The translations under genes were made by a program, and so were the position numbers. The notes beneath the pieces were generated by a model. That model was not told the origin of the DNA. It worked only from the letters and a program-made list of their open reading frames with translations, and searched no databases. Below are positions 1 through 13,765 of a stretch of 64,000 bases of DNA, one piece after another. The stretch's first letter is position 1. Each line of letters starts with the position of its first letter. The stretch comes from Octopus sinensis (taxonomy: Eukaryota): positions 12,586,001-12,650,000 of the forward strand of contig NC_043002.1 of the NCBI RefSeq assembly GCF_006345805.1, written 5' to 3'.

Positions 1-477
1 TATGGGATTCGGGGTAACAAATTTGGGTGGAAACTCAAGAAGGAGGTTCTCGAGATATCATTCTGTGTCTGCAGAGAGACGATTGCACGGATCATCTCGG
101 CGTTAGTTTAAACAGCTCTTTGAAAGCTTGAATTTTTCAATGAGGACAAATCTGCAGTTCCCAGACCTGTTAGTATTTGAGCTTTCTTTGTTTAACCTTT
201 TCTCACTCTATGATTATATAAATTATAATATATAATTTATATAATATTCTCTATCTTTACTCTTTACTCTTTTACTTGTTTCAGTCATTTGACTGTGGCC
301 ATGCTGGAGCACCGCCTTTAATCGAGCAACTCGACCCCGGGACTTATTCTTTGTAAGCCCAGTACTTATTCTATCGGACTCTTTTGCCGAACCGCTAAGT
401 GACGGGGACGTAAACATACCAGCATCGGTTGTCAAGCGATGTTGGTGGGGACAAACACAGACACACAAACATACACA

Positions 478-549
<72 letters not shown>

Positions 550-565
550 ATATATATATATATAT

Positions 566-969
566 GGCGCAGGAGTGGCTGTGTGGTAAGTAGCTTGCTA
601 ACCAACCACATGGTTCGGGTTCAGTCACACTGCGTGGCATCTTGGGCAAAGTGTCTTCTGCTATAGCCCGGCCGACCAGTGCCTTGTGAGTGGATTTGGT
701 AGACGGAAGCTGAAAGAAGCCTGTCGTATATATGTATATATATATATGTATGTGTGTGTGTTTGTGTGTCTGTGTTTGTCTCCCTAGCATTGCTTGACAA
801 CCGATGTTGGTGTATTTACGTCCCCGTCACTTAGCGGTTCGGCAAAAAGTGACCGATAGAATAAGTACTTGGCTTACAAAGAATAAGTCCCGGGGTCGAT
901 TTGCTCGACTGAAGGCGGTGCTCCAGCATGGCCACAGTCAAATGACTGGAACAAGTAAAAGAGTAAAAG
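566..969 (+). mobile_element. SINE family A (tRNA-like head, central (TA)n/(TG)n, LINE-like tail); representative full copy
   Basis: Head GGCGCAGGAGTGGCTGTGTGG..GGTTCAGTC; tail GGCGGTGCTCCAGCATGGCCACAGTCAAATGACTG..(GTAAAAGA)n. Other full or partial copies near 253-530, 1985-2433, 5440-5870, 6100-6385, 11597-11920, 21715-21920, 25255-25500, 30500-30915, 31305-32180, 46640-47080, 50440-50665, 55870-56290 and 63400-63710. Confidence 0.9.
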
Positions 970-1049
970 ATATATATATATGTATATAAGTGTGTGTGGG
1001 GTGTGTGTGGTGGTGTGTGTGTGGTGTGTGTGTATACCTATATATAGTG

Positions 1050-1215
1050 TCAAAGATCCCAGCTTCGCCATCAATTACAGGACCAGATGCTGCAACAGTT
1101 TGTGTTCAAGGGCGCACAGCTCTTCGATATCCTTCCAAAATGCCTGAGACACCTCCCTAAGAGTCATTAAAACAAACTTGATCTCTTATTGTCAAGGGTT
1201 CCAGACGAGCGTAGT
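1050..1215 (+). mobile_element. Old CR1/L2-type LINE 3' ORF fragment
   Basis: FKGAQLFDILPKCLRHL / KTNLDLLLSRVPDE resembles FRGPQLFNILPKNLRDL / KLDLFLSGVPDE at 38480-38620. Confidence 0.65.
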
Positions 1216-2904
1216 TCTGTTCTCCCCCACTATCTACAAATACATGAAATTGGGCAGCGAAAAAGAATCTGTCGAGCGAATCAGGCCTGAATGTACTGGA
1301 AGCTTCTGTTTAGAAATAAATAGACCCATGACAGAGAGCACGGTCGGTGGCAATAGAGATTTAACTGGAAATGTTCTGAATAAGTGCTACAAAATGAAGG
1401 GCAGCTCATCTGAGCGTCCAAGAAGAGATCTGAAATATCTTTAAATCATTTTCTTTTTAAGAGGAAACTGTGTCGTCAGGGAATTCCACATACCGGTGAA
1501 ATAGACTGATGTTACTTCTTGCAGAAATTTGATGAGCCGACCTCACCGTCGAACAGTTCTACTACCTTGCGAAGTTAGGCGTTATAGTATACACATTGTG
1601 CATTCTGTGAGTCGAACTCCCTTCTACATGGATTTTTTGAAGAGTTTCGTCGAGGATGTTTTGGTCTCAGAAATATTCGTTATTTTCCACCTTCAAATTA
1701 ATCTTTGTAATGTTTATGGGGTTATGGGATTCGGGGTAACAAAAATTGGGTGGAAACTCAAGAAGGAGGTTCTCGAGATATCATTCTGTGTCTGCCAGAG
1801 AGACGATTGCACGGATCATCTCGACGTTAGTTTAAACAGCTCTTGAAAGCTTGAATTTTTTAATGAGGACAACAAATCTGCAGTTCCCAGACCTGTTAGT
1901 ATTTGAGCTTTCTTTGTTTAACCTTTTCTCACTCTATGATTATATAAATTATAATATATAATTATATATAATATTCTCTCTCTTTACTCTTTACTCTTTT
2001 ACTTGTTTCAGTCATTTGACTGTGGCCATGCTGGAGCACCGCCTTTAATCGAGCACTCGACCCCGGGACTTATTCTTTGTAAGCCCAGTATTATTCTATC
2101 GGACTCTTTTGCCGAACCGCTAAGTGACGGGGACGTAAACATAACAGCATCGGTTGTCAAGCGATGTTGGTGGGGACAAACACAGACACACAAAACATTA
2201 CCACACACACACATACACACACACACACACACACATACACACACACACAACACAAACATATATATATATATATATATATATGATATATACATATATACGA
2301 CGGGCTTCTTTCAGTTTCCGTCTACCAAATCCACTCACAAGGCTTTGGTCGGCCCGAGGCTATAGTAGAGGACACTTGCCGAAGTTGCCACGCAGTGGGA
2401 CTGAACCCGTGAACCATGTGGTTGGTAAACAACTGTAATAATAATCCTTTCTACTAAAGGCACAAGGCCTGAAATTTGAGGGGAGGGGTGTAGTTGATTA
2501 CATCGACCCCAGTATTTCACTGGTACTCAGTTTATTGACCTTGAAAGGATGAAAGGCAAAGTCGACCTTTTCCCACTCTGAATTTCGCCTGATGAGGCAC
2601 AGGATCTTCAGATAGGTTGTTACTGGAGAATTGATAGGATTTGCATATTTATATGTAGTTATAGCTTGTTTTAGATATAAGGTGTTATTGTGGGAGGAAA
2701 GTACGATAAAGGAGAGAAAGAGAGCAAAAGCAAAAGAGAAGGCATGAAGAGGAAAGTGGGAGGAAAAGTTGGAAAGGAAGAGGGTTATAGGAAGAAAATG
2801 GAGAGAACAGTGAAGGTTAACAGAAAGAGGAGGAAAAGGGAAAAGGAAGAGGGGAAAAGGGAGATGGAAAGAACGGAAGGGAACTTGAAGTGTAAACTGA
2901 TTAA

Positions 2905-4400
2905 TACCATGAAGAGTAAATTAGAGCGGATCAGTAATCGAATAGTCGACAATATTAATGCCAAAATCAGATTGTCCAAGGATCTCAAACAATGAAATTG
3001 TAGAAGCGATACCATCAGTTGGATCAATAGCATCGAAAATAAACATGGTCATAATTTTATACAATTTGACAGTGTAGAAATATTCCCATCCTACACCCGA
3101 ACCTTCTACTCCAAGCGCTTGAATTCTGTAACAATTACACGTCTATCGCGGAATTATACATCAACATACTTCTTACAGTCAAAATGTCAGTTATTTTATG
3201 ATAACTCGTTTGGGGTGAAGAAGAATAGAGATGAGTGAATTGAAGCCCCCAAGGTCAGTTTTGATGGTGATGTAATAGCAGGTATTTTTGGACTGTTCTT
3301 GCTGAACAAAGTTGTGGATAAATTAACAAGCATTGGCTTCAGACTATATTGTGATGAAGGGTTCGATGTAACCGAAAACGTATCGGGCCAGGATATGGAT
3401 AAAATAAAAAATAATGTCATTGATAAATATTTTCAAATAGTTCGAGCTCAAGGTAACAGCCATGACCAACCTCGGTGAGATTTTTAGATTTGACTCTCAA
3501 CCTAAGCAGCAGCTTACACCGGTCATATCATAAGCCGAATGAAAATATCATCTGCATAAATCAATGCTCCAAACATTCATTTAATATCATTCTGCACATA
3601 GTTGATAATATAAACAGCCATATTTTCAGTCTGTCATGCAATAGGGAAATATTCAGCAGAGCTGCCCAATGGAGCAATAACGCTCTGAAATGATGTGGCT
3701 TCACCAACGAAAACTATATTTAGAGATCGGCCACACCAGGGAAATTAAAAATAGAACTAGAAATGTAATATGGTTCAGCTCACTCTAAGCATTAATGTAT
3801 AAACCAAATGGTCAGACATTTCCCTCTCTTATAAGAATGCAATTTTTATTCAACACAAATCCAAAAAATATTCAATAAGAACATGGTCAATGTTAGCTAC
3901 ACCTGTCTCAGCAATATGGAGCCACAGATACAAATTGACAATACGAAAACTATATATACTACATATACTTAAACCCGACCCAATAAGATTGTAATTTTGA
4001 AAACCGGTCGCAATGTCTACTAAATAATAAGTGCCTCTCGAAAGAGGAAGTCTACAAGATCGAAGTTCACAATAACTGGGACACCGTAAAATAGTATAAA
4101 GAGCCGACAGAAAACACATTTAAGGCCCGTTCTATGCAAAAACTGTATACAATCAGTATCAGTTGTGGGAGGAATTCTACATCGTTATCTCAGTAAGACT
4201 GGTGTCTAATGGACAATGGTATAATCAATCCTACCATAAAATAGAGCATTTTTGCTAAAAGAAAATAAGTGAATACCATGAACGAGGTACAAGATGTAAT
4301 TTGTGTACAGCCGAACAACTGTACATCCTGCCTACATACATCTTAAAGATAGGAAGCACCTACTCGTTATATGCAAGGATGTTCCGTGCACATGCATTTA
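2905..4400 (+). mobile_element. Decayed Penelope-like element (RT + GIY-YIG endonuclease)
   Basis: Stop- and frameshift-broken motifs SKLERISNRIVDNINAKIR, HNFIQFDSVEIFPS, FRLYCDEG (YRDDG-like), FLDLTLNL..SYHKPN, KIFNKNMVNVSYTC, CN..RSQCLLNNKCL..VYK, TENTFKAR, RCNLCTAEQLYI. Confidence 0.85.
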
Positions 4401-5643
4401 AACATACTTTACCCCAGACGAATTTTATCTACAAGCAGGAAAGCAGTAATCTTGAACGCATATTTCTAGTCATAGGGCGCCCCACATCATGCTTGCCGAA
4501 ATAACTTTTACGCACCCAATCAGTACCTAATCCTCACCGTAATTACAATCAATTCTCACACCACATTTTTGTCAATGAATTCATTATTATTCCCTTCGCC
4601 AATATCGGAACTGCTGTAAGTAGCAATACATATACCTTTTACATAACTACGACCAGCTTTAGGACCCAGCCTGTTCAATAGGACAGCTATATCTGCCATC
4701 AATACCTTTTTGCTTATATCATATCTGTTAGCTTCCTGTATCGTTATTTGTATATAATGCCTTTAATATTATTGCTACCATCTGAAATTGCAACTTTATA
4801 TAATGTCAATCCCTTAATTCGTTCGACTCATCTTCCTCGCTTTCCTTGTCTCTATCTTGTTTGTTCCTTTTCAAGCCATCCCTGGCTCATAAGGGCTGGT
4901 TTCTTGGTTTCTTTGGTGTATAGGTACACCACCTGGATGGGACGCCGGTCCTTCGCAGGTGAGCTGCAAGATGCAGGAGAAAAAAGTGAGAGAAAGTTGT
5001 GGCGAAAGAGTCAGCAGAAGTTCGCCATTACCTTCTGCCGGAGCCACGTGGAGCTTAGGTGTTTCCCTCATAAACACACACATCGCCCGGTCTGAAATTC
5101 AAACCCGCGATCCCTCGACCGCGAGTCCACTGCTCTAACCACTAGGCCATGTGCCTCCACTGTCTCTATCTTATTTTACTTGAATTCTGTTTTACCCAAA
5201 TTTCCTATCTTGCTTAGGTTTTACTACTCCCTTCTACCTTCCAGCCCTTTTCTTCCAGCCTTTACCCTGTTTTTCTTGTCTTTCTCTTCTTCCAGTATTT
5301 TCCATAAATCTTATTGTTTTTATGATTTCTTTTAATCACTTCACATTCTTGTATAATCCTTTGACTCTTCATCTTCTTCAGTTACATGTTTACTGTTTTT
5401 TATCAACATTTTATAATCATTTTTACGCATTTTATATTTGTTTCAGTAATTTGCCCGCGGCCATGCTAAAGCACTACCTTTAATAGAAAAAATAGACCCC
5501 AGGACTTATTCTTTGTAAGCCTAGTTCTTATTCTATCGGTCTCTTTTGCCGAACCACTAAGTTACGGGGACGTAGAAACACCAGCATCGGTTGTCAAGCG
5601 ATGGTAGGGGAAAAACACAGAATACAGACACGCACATACATAC

Positions 5644-5697
<54 letters not shown>

Positions 5698-6907
5698 GAC
5701 ACATACGATGTGCTTCTTTCAGTTTCCGTCTACCAAATCCATTCACAAGGCTTTGGTCGGCCCGATGCCTTAGTAGAAGACACTTGCCCAAATTGCCACG
5801 CACTGGGACTGAACCCGGAATCATGTAGCTGGTAAGCAAGCTACTTTACCACACAGCCACTCCTGCGCTTTTCAATAATTTTTCTAATTTTTCCAACAAT
5901 ATTATCTTTTTCCAGGGTTTTTTTCAATTTATTTCCATTGTTGCCTTATTTATTTCATTTTACGATACTTTAATTCTTTTTAACCATTGCCCATTCTGGA
6001 GCAATGCCTTGAAGAATTTCAACCGGACCGATCGAGACCAGGGATTTTTTTTTTTAATCTGGCACTCATTTTATCAAACTCTTTCGACAAACCTTTAAGT
6101 TACGAGGATGTAAACACACAAACACCGGTTGTCAAGCGAAATAGGGACAAATAGAAACACAATCACACACACACATGCACACAAACACACACACATACAT
6201 ATATACATGTACATATATATACGACAGGCTACTTTCAGTTTCCGTCTACCAACTCCATTTACAAGTCTTTGGTCGGCCCGAGGCTACAGTCGAAGACACT
6301 TGCCCAAGGTGCCACGTAGTGGGACTGAACCCGGAACCATGTGGTTAGGAAGCAAGATTCTTACCACCACCATTCCACTGCCTTATATACATGTATATAT
6401 ATGTGTGGGTGTGTATGTATACATATATATACATTATATATATATATATATATACAATTATCACATTCTGCAAACGGTCTTCCATCTCATTGCACCATTC
6501 TCTACATGTTTTTGCTTTACACCCGCAACATCCCACATTATCATCATTCGCCAACCATTCTCCACCGACCCATCGTTATATTTAATGAAATCTCGTGGAA
6601 ACTGACTCTCTTCCAGCATCAGACGTGATATAAGACATCTTTACAAAACACATCTATTAAGTGAGACAAGTTATTTTCTTTATTTTCAAGATAAAATCCA
6701 CTCATTTGTCTAGTTATCTCCACTTCTGTTCTTCCTCTTCTCCTATCCGATTTCCTTCCCTGCTGTCTGTATATATATATATATATTATATATATATATA
6801 TTATATATATATATAATATATATATATACATATATATACATACACATATATATATACATACACATATATATATATGTATACACACAATATATATGTATGT
6901 ATATATG

Positions 6908-6938
<31 letters not shown>

Positions 6939-8399
6939 TATATTATATATATATATATGTATGTATATATGTAATATATATATGTATATGTATATATACA
7001 TGTGTGTGTGTATATATGATAGTATATACATATATATATAAGTATATATATATATGTACGTATGTATATAGTGTATGTGTGTTTGTGTAAGTATATAACT
7101 GCACATGCATAGTTAGTTATTGTATCTACATGTATATTCATGTGTAAATACACTTGCGTCTATACTATCACCATAACAATGGTAAAACGTCTGCTATCCT
7201 TTGCAGATGTGAATTCGAAACCTTTGTAAAGGCGTTCAACTTCCTGCATCCAAAAATCTATATTAAACCAATATTTTCATGTTGTCATAAATGGGTTTAT
7301 TGGTTTCCAGTTACTTTACGTTCTCTCGAGGTTTCTAATCCCTTACGACCTAAACAGCATACAACTGTCGCTAGTATGAATAGATATTCTAAAATGAATT
7401 AGAGATACACTCGAGGGATTGCTTGAACGTCCCTCATGTTTACGAAAGATCTGGGTTCGTATCCTCGGTACAGCTTTCCATTTTGTTCCTATCCAGAGGC
7501 TTCCCAATCCAATATTAACATGTTATCATTATTAATAGCATATTATTATCATCCGCTTCGAGATTCAGCATTTCAGAATGTCAATCATGAATTATATATA
7601 TGCGTGTGTGTGTATGTGTATTTGTGTATATATATATATATATATATGATAAATAGAAATAATATTATAAACATATTTATCTGGTATAGGCTTAGAGTTG
7701 TTTCGGATATGCATTTGGGTTCCGTTCATGGTTCTGTCTTAGCGATCTTATAGGGAAATTATAGGGAAACTCTAGTCCAAGTGTAACTTCTTCAGACGTA
7801 AAATAAACCATATGTGTGTGTGTGCGTCTGTGTACATACATACATACATATATATGTGTGTGTGTATATATATATAAATATAAAGTCTACCATCTTTTGT
7901 AGATGTGAATTCGAAACCTTTGGAAAGGCGTTCGACTTCCTGCATCCAAAAATCTATATTAAACCAATATTTTCATGTTATCATATATGGGTTTATCGGT
8001 TTCCACTTATTTTACGTTCTCTCGAGGTTTCTAAACCCTTATATATATATATATACACACACGCACACAAACATACACACACAAACTGTTTAGCACGAAC
8101 ACTATATATATATTGTGAAGAATAGCGTCGTTAGTTACAGTGGATCAGTCGCTGATTAACTGCGTTTCTATTGGCGACAAGGGAGTGCCTGTTATTCAGT
8201 TCAGAACAAACACCTCGGGGGATTTCGTTTGTAAAGCACTGCTTTGTGTTGTTTGTGTTTTTTTTTTTTTGTTTTTTTTTTTTCTAGGCAACAGTTTTAA
8301 CTTTACGCCGTTATAGATCCACAAATGTTGCACACGTACATAAGCAGTTGCACGCACACACAGTCACAGACACGTACATGCGTGTGTGTGTGTGTGTGT

Positions 8400-8437
<38 letters not shown>

Positions 8438-8645
8438 TCTGTGTGTGTGTGAGTGTGCACGCGCGTGTAGGCGCAGAAAAGCCGAAGCGTTAAGAACTTC
8501 GCTTCGATTCCATTGCTTAACATCTTGGGAAAATGCTGTTTTCTCTCACTTCGGGTCAACTCATAACTTGTGCAGAAAATTGGGCCAACAGGAAGTGCAA
8601 ACCCGTCCGTCGGATGCATATATCACATACATGTGCATGTGTGTG

Positions 8646-8686
<41 letters not shown>

Positions 8687-9029
8687 GGGGAGATTTCACG
8701 CATTTTCTCTTTACCAAACGTCTTTCTTCTCATATAGTAGACGTTGTTCCTTCTCGAGCCACGCCTGGCTCATAAGGGCCGGTTTCCCGGTTTCCTTGGC
8801 CTATAGGTTCCCCACCTCGACGGTCCGTCGCAGGTGAGCTGCAAGATGCAGGAGGAAAGAGTGAGAGAAAGTTGTGCCAAAGAGTCAGCAGAAGTTCGCC
8901 ATTACCTTCTGCCGGAGCCGCTTGGAGCTTAGGTTTTTCGCTCATAAACACACACATCGTCCTGTCTGAGATTCGGACCCGCGATCCCTCGACCGCGAGT
9001 CCGCTGCCCTAACCACTGGGCTACGTGCC

Positions 9030-9170
9030 ACCACCGCTCGGTTCAAAGTCTTTCTTAACCAGAAATGGCCTGAACTCTTTGTATGACCACCCTCCCTGTA
9101 CATAATTCCCTGTCCCCCTACATGGCCTTGCTTTTGCCTTTTGAGCCAATAAAAATTGAATTGAAAAAAA
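9030..9170 (+). mobile_element. 3' tip of the same CR1-type LINE family as 63030-63370
   Basis: cgctcggttcaaagtc...ggcctgaactcttt...ccccctacatggccttgctttt..gagcca is similar to the reverse complement of 63040-63150. Confidence 0.7.
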
Positions 9171-9726
9171 AAAAAAAGAAAATATGGTAGACACGCTGTA
9201 CTGCGAGCTTGAACTTACAATCGTTTGGTTGGAAACCGATTTTTGAAACCACAAAACCATGTGAGATCCTTATCTCTTGCATCATCTGAGTGAATTCACC
9301 AATGCATTATATTTCCAACTTGTCTATTCATTATTGTACTTGAGCTGCAGATGTACTTAATTTCTCTCGACAGAGTCCAACGCAGAATAATGAAATACTA
9401 TCTAACGTAAAAATGACGTAAGTGGTGTGAACTAGGATCGAAATCGAGTCGCCAAGTCGCCACAGTGACAGCTTTACCTTTTAATCTATATAGCAATATC
9501 TATTTCCATTAGACACTCACAGACACTACCTCCTCCCACCAGATAGAGAGAAAAAAGGACCAGACACGTATAATCAGATCTATAAATGTTTTCTGAAGAC
9601 AGCTGTTCATTATCTAACGCTTACTATCTGGACAGTAGCCCTCACAAAAAACGCACAGATATACATATCTATACATCTATATATATATATATATATATAC
9701 ATACACACACACACACACACACACAT

Positions 9727-9786
<60 letters not shown>

Positions 9787-9854
9787 TATATACACACAGA
9801 CCAACATATATACGGAGTAAAATGGAAGTGATGAATAAAACAAAAAATATAACA

Positions 9855-9891
<37 letters not shown>

Positions 9892-9917
9892 CAACAAGAT
9901 TAACAGGAGAAGTGGGA

Positions 9918-9948
<31 letters not shown>

Positions 9949-10175
9949 CAACACAAACAATAAAAGAGACTTCCCGAAATTACTTTGTGGCTGTGTAATA
10001 GACATTATTTTCAGCATTGATAATATTTTTATCAGTCATTGCAGCTGCGATATCAAACGCGCTGCTATATGCCTTCGTTTTTGATTGGATGACTGGGAGG
10101 GAGACAAACGCACGAACAGACACACACACACACACAACACACACACACACACACACACACATAAACACACACACA

Positions 10176-10235
<60 letters not shown>

Positions 10236-10254
10236 ACACATACACACACATACA

Positions 10255-10335
<81 letters not shown>

Positions 10336-10783
10336 TACACACATACACACACATACACACACATACACACACATACACACACATACAAATATATATACAT
10401 ACACACACACACACACATACACACACTCACTAACTCTCTGTCTCTCTTTCTCTCTCTATCTTTTGCACGCTTAAATACATACATATACAAATATTCGCAT
10501 ATATATATATATACACACACATACACACACATACACACACTCACTAACTCTCTGTCTCTCTTTCTCTCTCTCTCTGTCTCTGTCTCTTTCTCCCTTTCTC
10601 TCTTTCTCTCTCTATCTTTTGCACGCTTAAATACATACATATACAAATATTCGCATATATATATATATATATTTATATATACATATATATACACTCATAC
10701 ACACACATACAAATATATATACATACATGCATATGTATGTATATACATTTTATACATATATACATACGTATAGTGTCTATAAA

Positions 10784-10843
<60 letters not shown>

Positions 10844-13123
10844 TTAATATGCATATATGCATATATACATATATATATATATAGACACACATACACACAC
10901 ACAAATGCACATACATAGATAATACGCAAACACAAAAACAAACAAAAACAGCAAATATAAACAACAACAACAGCAACAACAACAAGATGAACAACAACCA
11001 CAGCAAAGATTACACACAACACAATGCAGCGTTGTTGAACAATGAAAAGAAATCTTTTCCCTGTAATGGTTGTTACTTAAAGTGAGAAAATACAAGGAAC
11101 ACTACAGCACACACAACAGCATTAATAGCAAAAATAACAACAAAGATAACACGTAAACTGTTTTCTTCACCTCTAGCAGCACCGATCCTACCAGCTCTTT
11201 GACTAGCAACGAGTTCCATTCGTAATTAATACTGATTAGTCCGTAAATATCTCAGATTATAACGGAAGGAAAAACTCAATCTATGCAAGTTGGCTTTTAT
11301 CAAATTTTTCACAAAGTACGGCAAGCGATGTATTTATAGCTTAGAATCGAAACTGGGTCGATGTTTGCCTGTGAATTAGGAACTACACTCTTTTAAGCAG
11401 CTATAGCTTTTTTGTAAATTATTTCTGTTGAGTTTCTATGTGGTTACTTGATATACTCGAAATAACAACCGAGTCTCCCTCAAACTTAATCTTCTCTCTC
11501 GGAAAAGATGGATAAATTGCATTTCATGGATTTGTGTCCCCTGATTTTCCGAAAACAGGGGGTAGATAGTGACAGTTGATACTCCTTTTGAACAGACGTA
11601 GGAGTGGCTGTGTGGTAAGTAGCTTGCTTACGAACCACATGGTTCCGGGTTCAGTCCCGCTACTTCTACTATAGCTTCGGGCCGACCAAAGCCTTGTGAG
11701 TAGATTTGGTAGACGGAAACTGAAAGAAGCCTGTCGTATATATGTATATATATGTGTGTATATGTTTGTGCGTCTGTGTTTGTCAACCGATGCTGGTGTG
11801 TTTACGTCCCCGTAACTTAGCGGTTCAGCAAAAGAGACCGATAGAATAAATACCAGGCTTACAAAGAATAAGCCCTGAGGTCAATTAAGAGTAAAGAGTA
11901 AAGAGTAAAGAGATTATATGCCTGTTTGACAAGTGACAAAGTTAAACGTTGCATTCTTAATGACATAACTAATTTAAGTAGATAACAGGTAATCAATTAT
12001 AGAAGTCCAGGAGAGGAACCGCTATATGGTTGCTCGTTCTGCAAGAAATAACACTCAAATTTCTCTAAAATCACAATGGTTTTATCGCCAGGTGACGACA
12101 AAATGCAAGGTTTATAGCTTTTTCCAAAGCAACGGAAACTGATAGGAAGGCGGAAAGAAGATAGCCTCTGGCCAGAAACCAGTGACGAATGCCTAAAATA
12201 GAGTGGACACATTCAAAGACCAGGTGGTAGTAAGAAACCGAAAAACGGATTGTCTATCACTCTTATAGGCCACAACAAAATTTGAACTCAAAGCGCAAAA
12301 TGTCAGAACAAACACCGCAAGGTATCTGGTTAGTCTCTCTAACTACTTCACCAGTACAAATCCTGGATTGGTAAGATTTCTTTTAGTGATCTCCAATGGA
12401 TAAATAACATTGCTGACCTTGCCAGGATTTGATCATAAGGCCCCCAAAACTAGATTTAATCGCCGCAAAACATTTCGTTCGATGCTCTAACGACTGAACC
12501 AATTCCCCGTTTGGCAAACTGGTCATAACACGTATTCTTCAATATCCGGTGTATTTTCAAAGCTTCGTTGCAAACACACTTCCCTAATTCTTTACAGAAC
12601 AACGATGAATGTTCTGCCTGATCACCCAAATCGTCTGAAGCGAGGAAAGATATAGAAAATAGTGCAGTTCTACAAGACACTGAATTCATCTGAAGGTCAT
12701 GACAATGATGCTTTTCTCCAACAGATTGATTTGTCCTTGATTGACTCTGGAACAAATGAGAAGTCTACATCTAAGCCTGTATTCAATTCGAAAGTTCATT
12801 TTTCCTTTTGAAAATACTATAAATTTCAAACACAGCCGCAAGACGTAATCTCTTAAAGACGAGAACAAATTATATGAATTTCAGTATTTGAGTGAGACTT
12901 TATCAAACGACACCTCTAATTCACGTGATCATATTTCATATTTCACCTTTACTTCAATTGACCTTTATTTACATGCAGGCTAGATCAATGAATCAGTAAC
13001 ACCGACCGAACTATGAGCATTTTAACATCACGTAACGATGGCCTTTCGTCAAAACTTGAATAAGCAAGCAGATGATAAAGATAATTAACGCAATTTAGTT
13101 TATTAATAGCTTCATGTTTAATT

Positions 13124-13765
13124 GACAAAAGTCATGACAACGACATTAACACCAGATCAACTCGATATCCAATGTCAAACAGTCGCCTAAGAACAAGTTA
13201 CCAAGTTAAAATATCTGGGTGCCATCGTTTAAAAATAAGGAGACAAGTCTTGAAATAAGAGTACGACACGGAACAGAACAAGATCAGCCATAAAAATCAT
13301 TGATTACAATCTGGAAAGACAGGACTTTTAATAGGAAAAATCAAGCTGAAGCCCCTGAAGATGCTAGTTTGGATTGTTGCCCAGTGTAGATGTGAGAGGT
13401 GAACCCTAAGAGCATACGACGTAGCATTTGGAACAATGTGCTACCGAAGAGTTCTGGGAATTAACTGAGCCGACCTTTCAACAAACGACTCGGTTTATGA
13501 AGAAATAGGAAAAGAAAGAGAATGCTTAGCAACTGTCAGGAGGATAAAGCTGCAGTATTTTGGGTTCGTCTTCAGGATTCAGAAAGTTTGGGAAGCGAGG
13601 AATGGGGAAACCGAGAAGAAACTGCTGCGCAACTTCAAAGAAGGAACCGAACTTCTGGCTGGATGTACAACCGTTCACATGGGTAAGGATTGTGGAGAGA
13701 TATGGTGCATGCATCTATGATCTCGGATTCTCAGCAAGAAGGATGGGAATCGACAAGGCAAATCA
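13124..13765 (+). mobile_element. Degenerate RTE-type LINE fragment
   Basis: TKVMTT..EQVTKLKYLGAIV, ITIWKDR, RRIKLQYFGFV, GKRGMGKPRR; many stops. Confidence 0.65.

Noticed and set aside
8100-8620. Non-repetitive island with CCAAT- and ETS-like words
   Set aside because: Short motifs only, with no adjacent exon or transcript evidence.
12456-12755. 99-aa Cys-containing minus-strand ORF
   Set aside because: No recognisable domain spacing, convincing splice sites or signal peptide; may be decayed transposon sequence.
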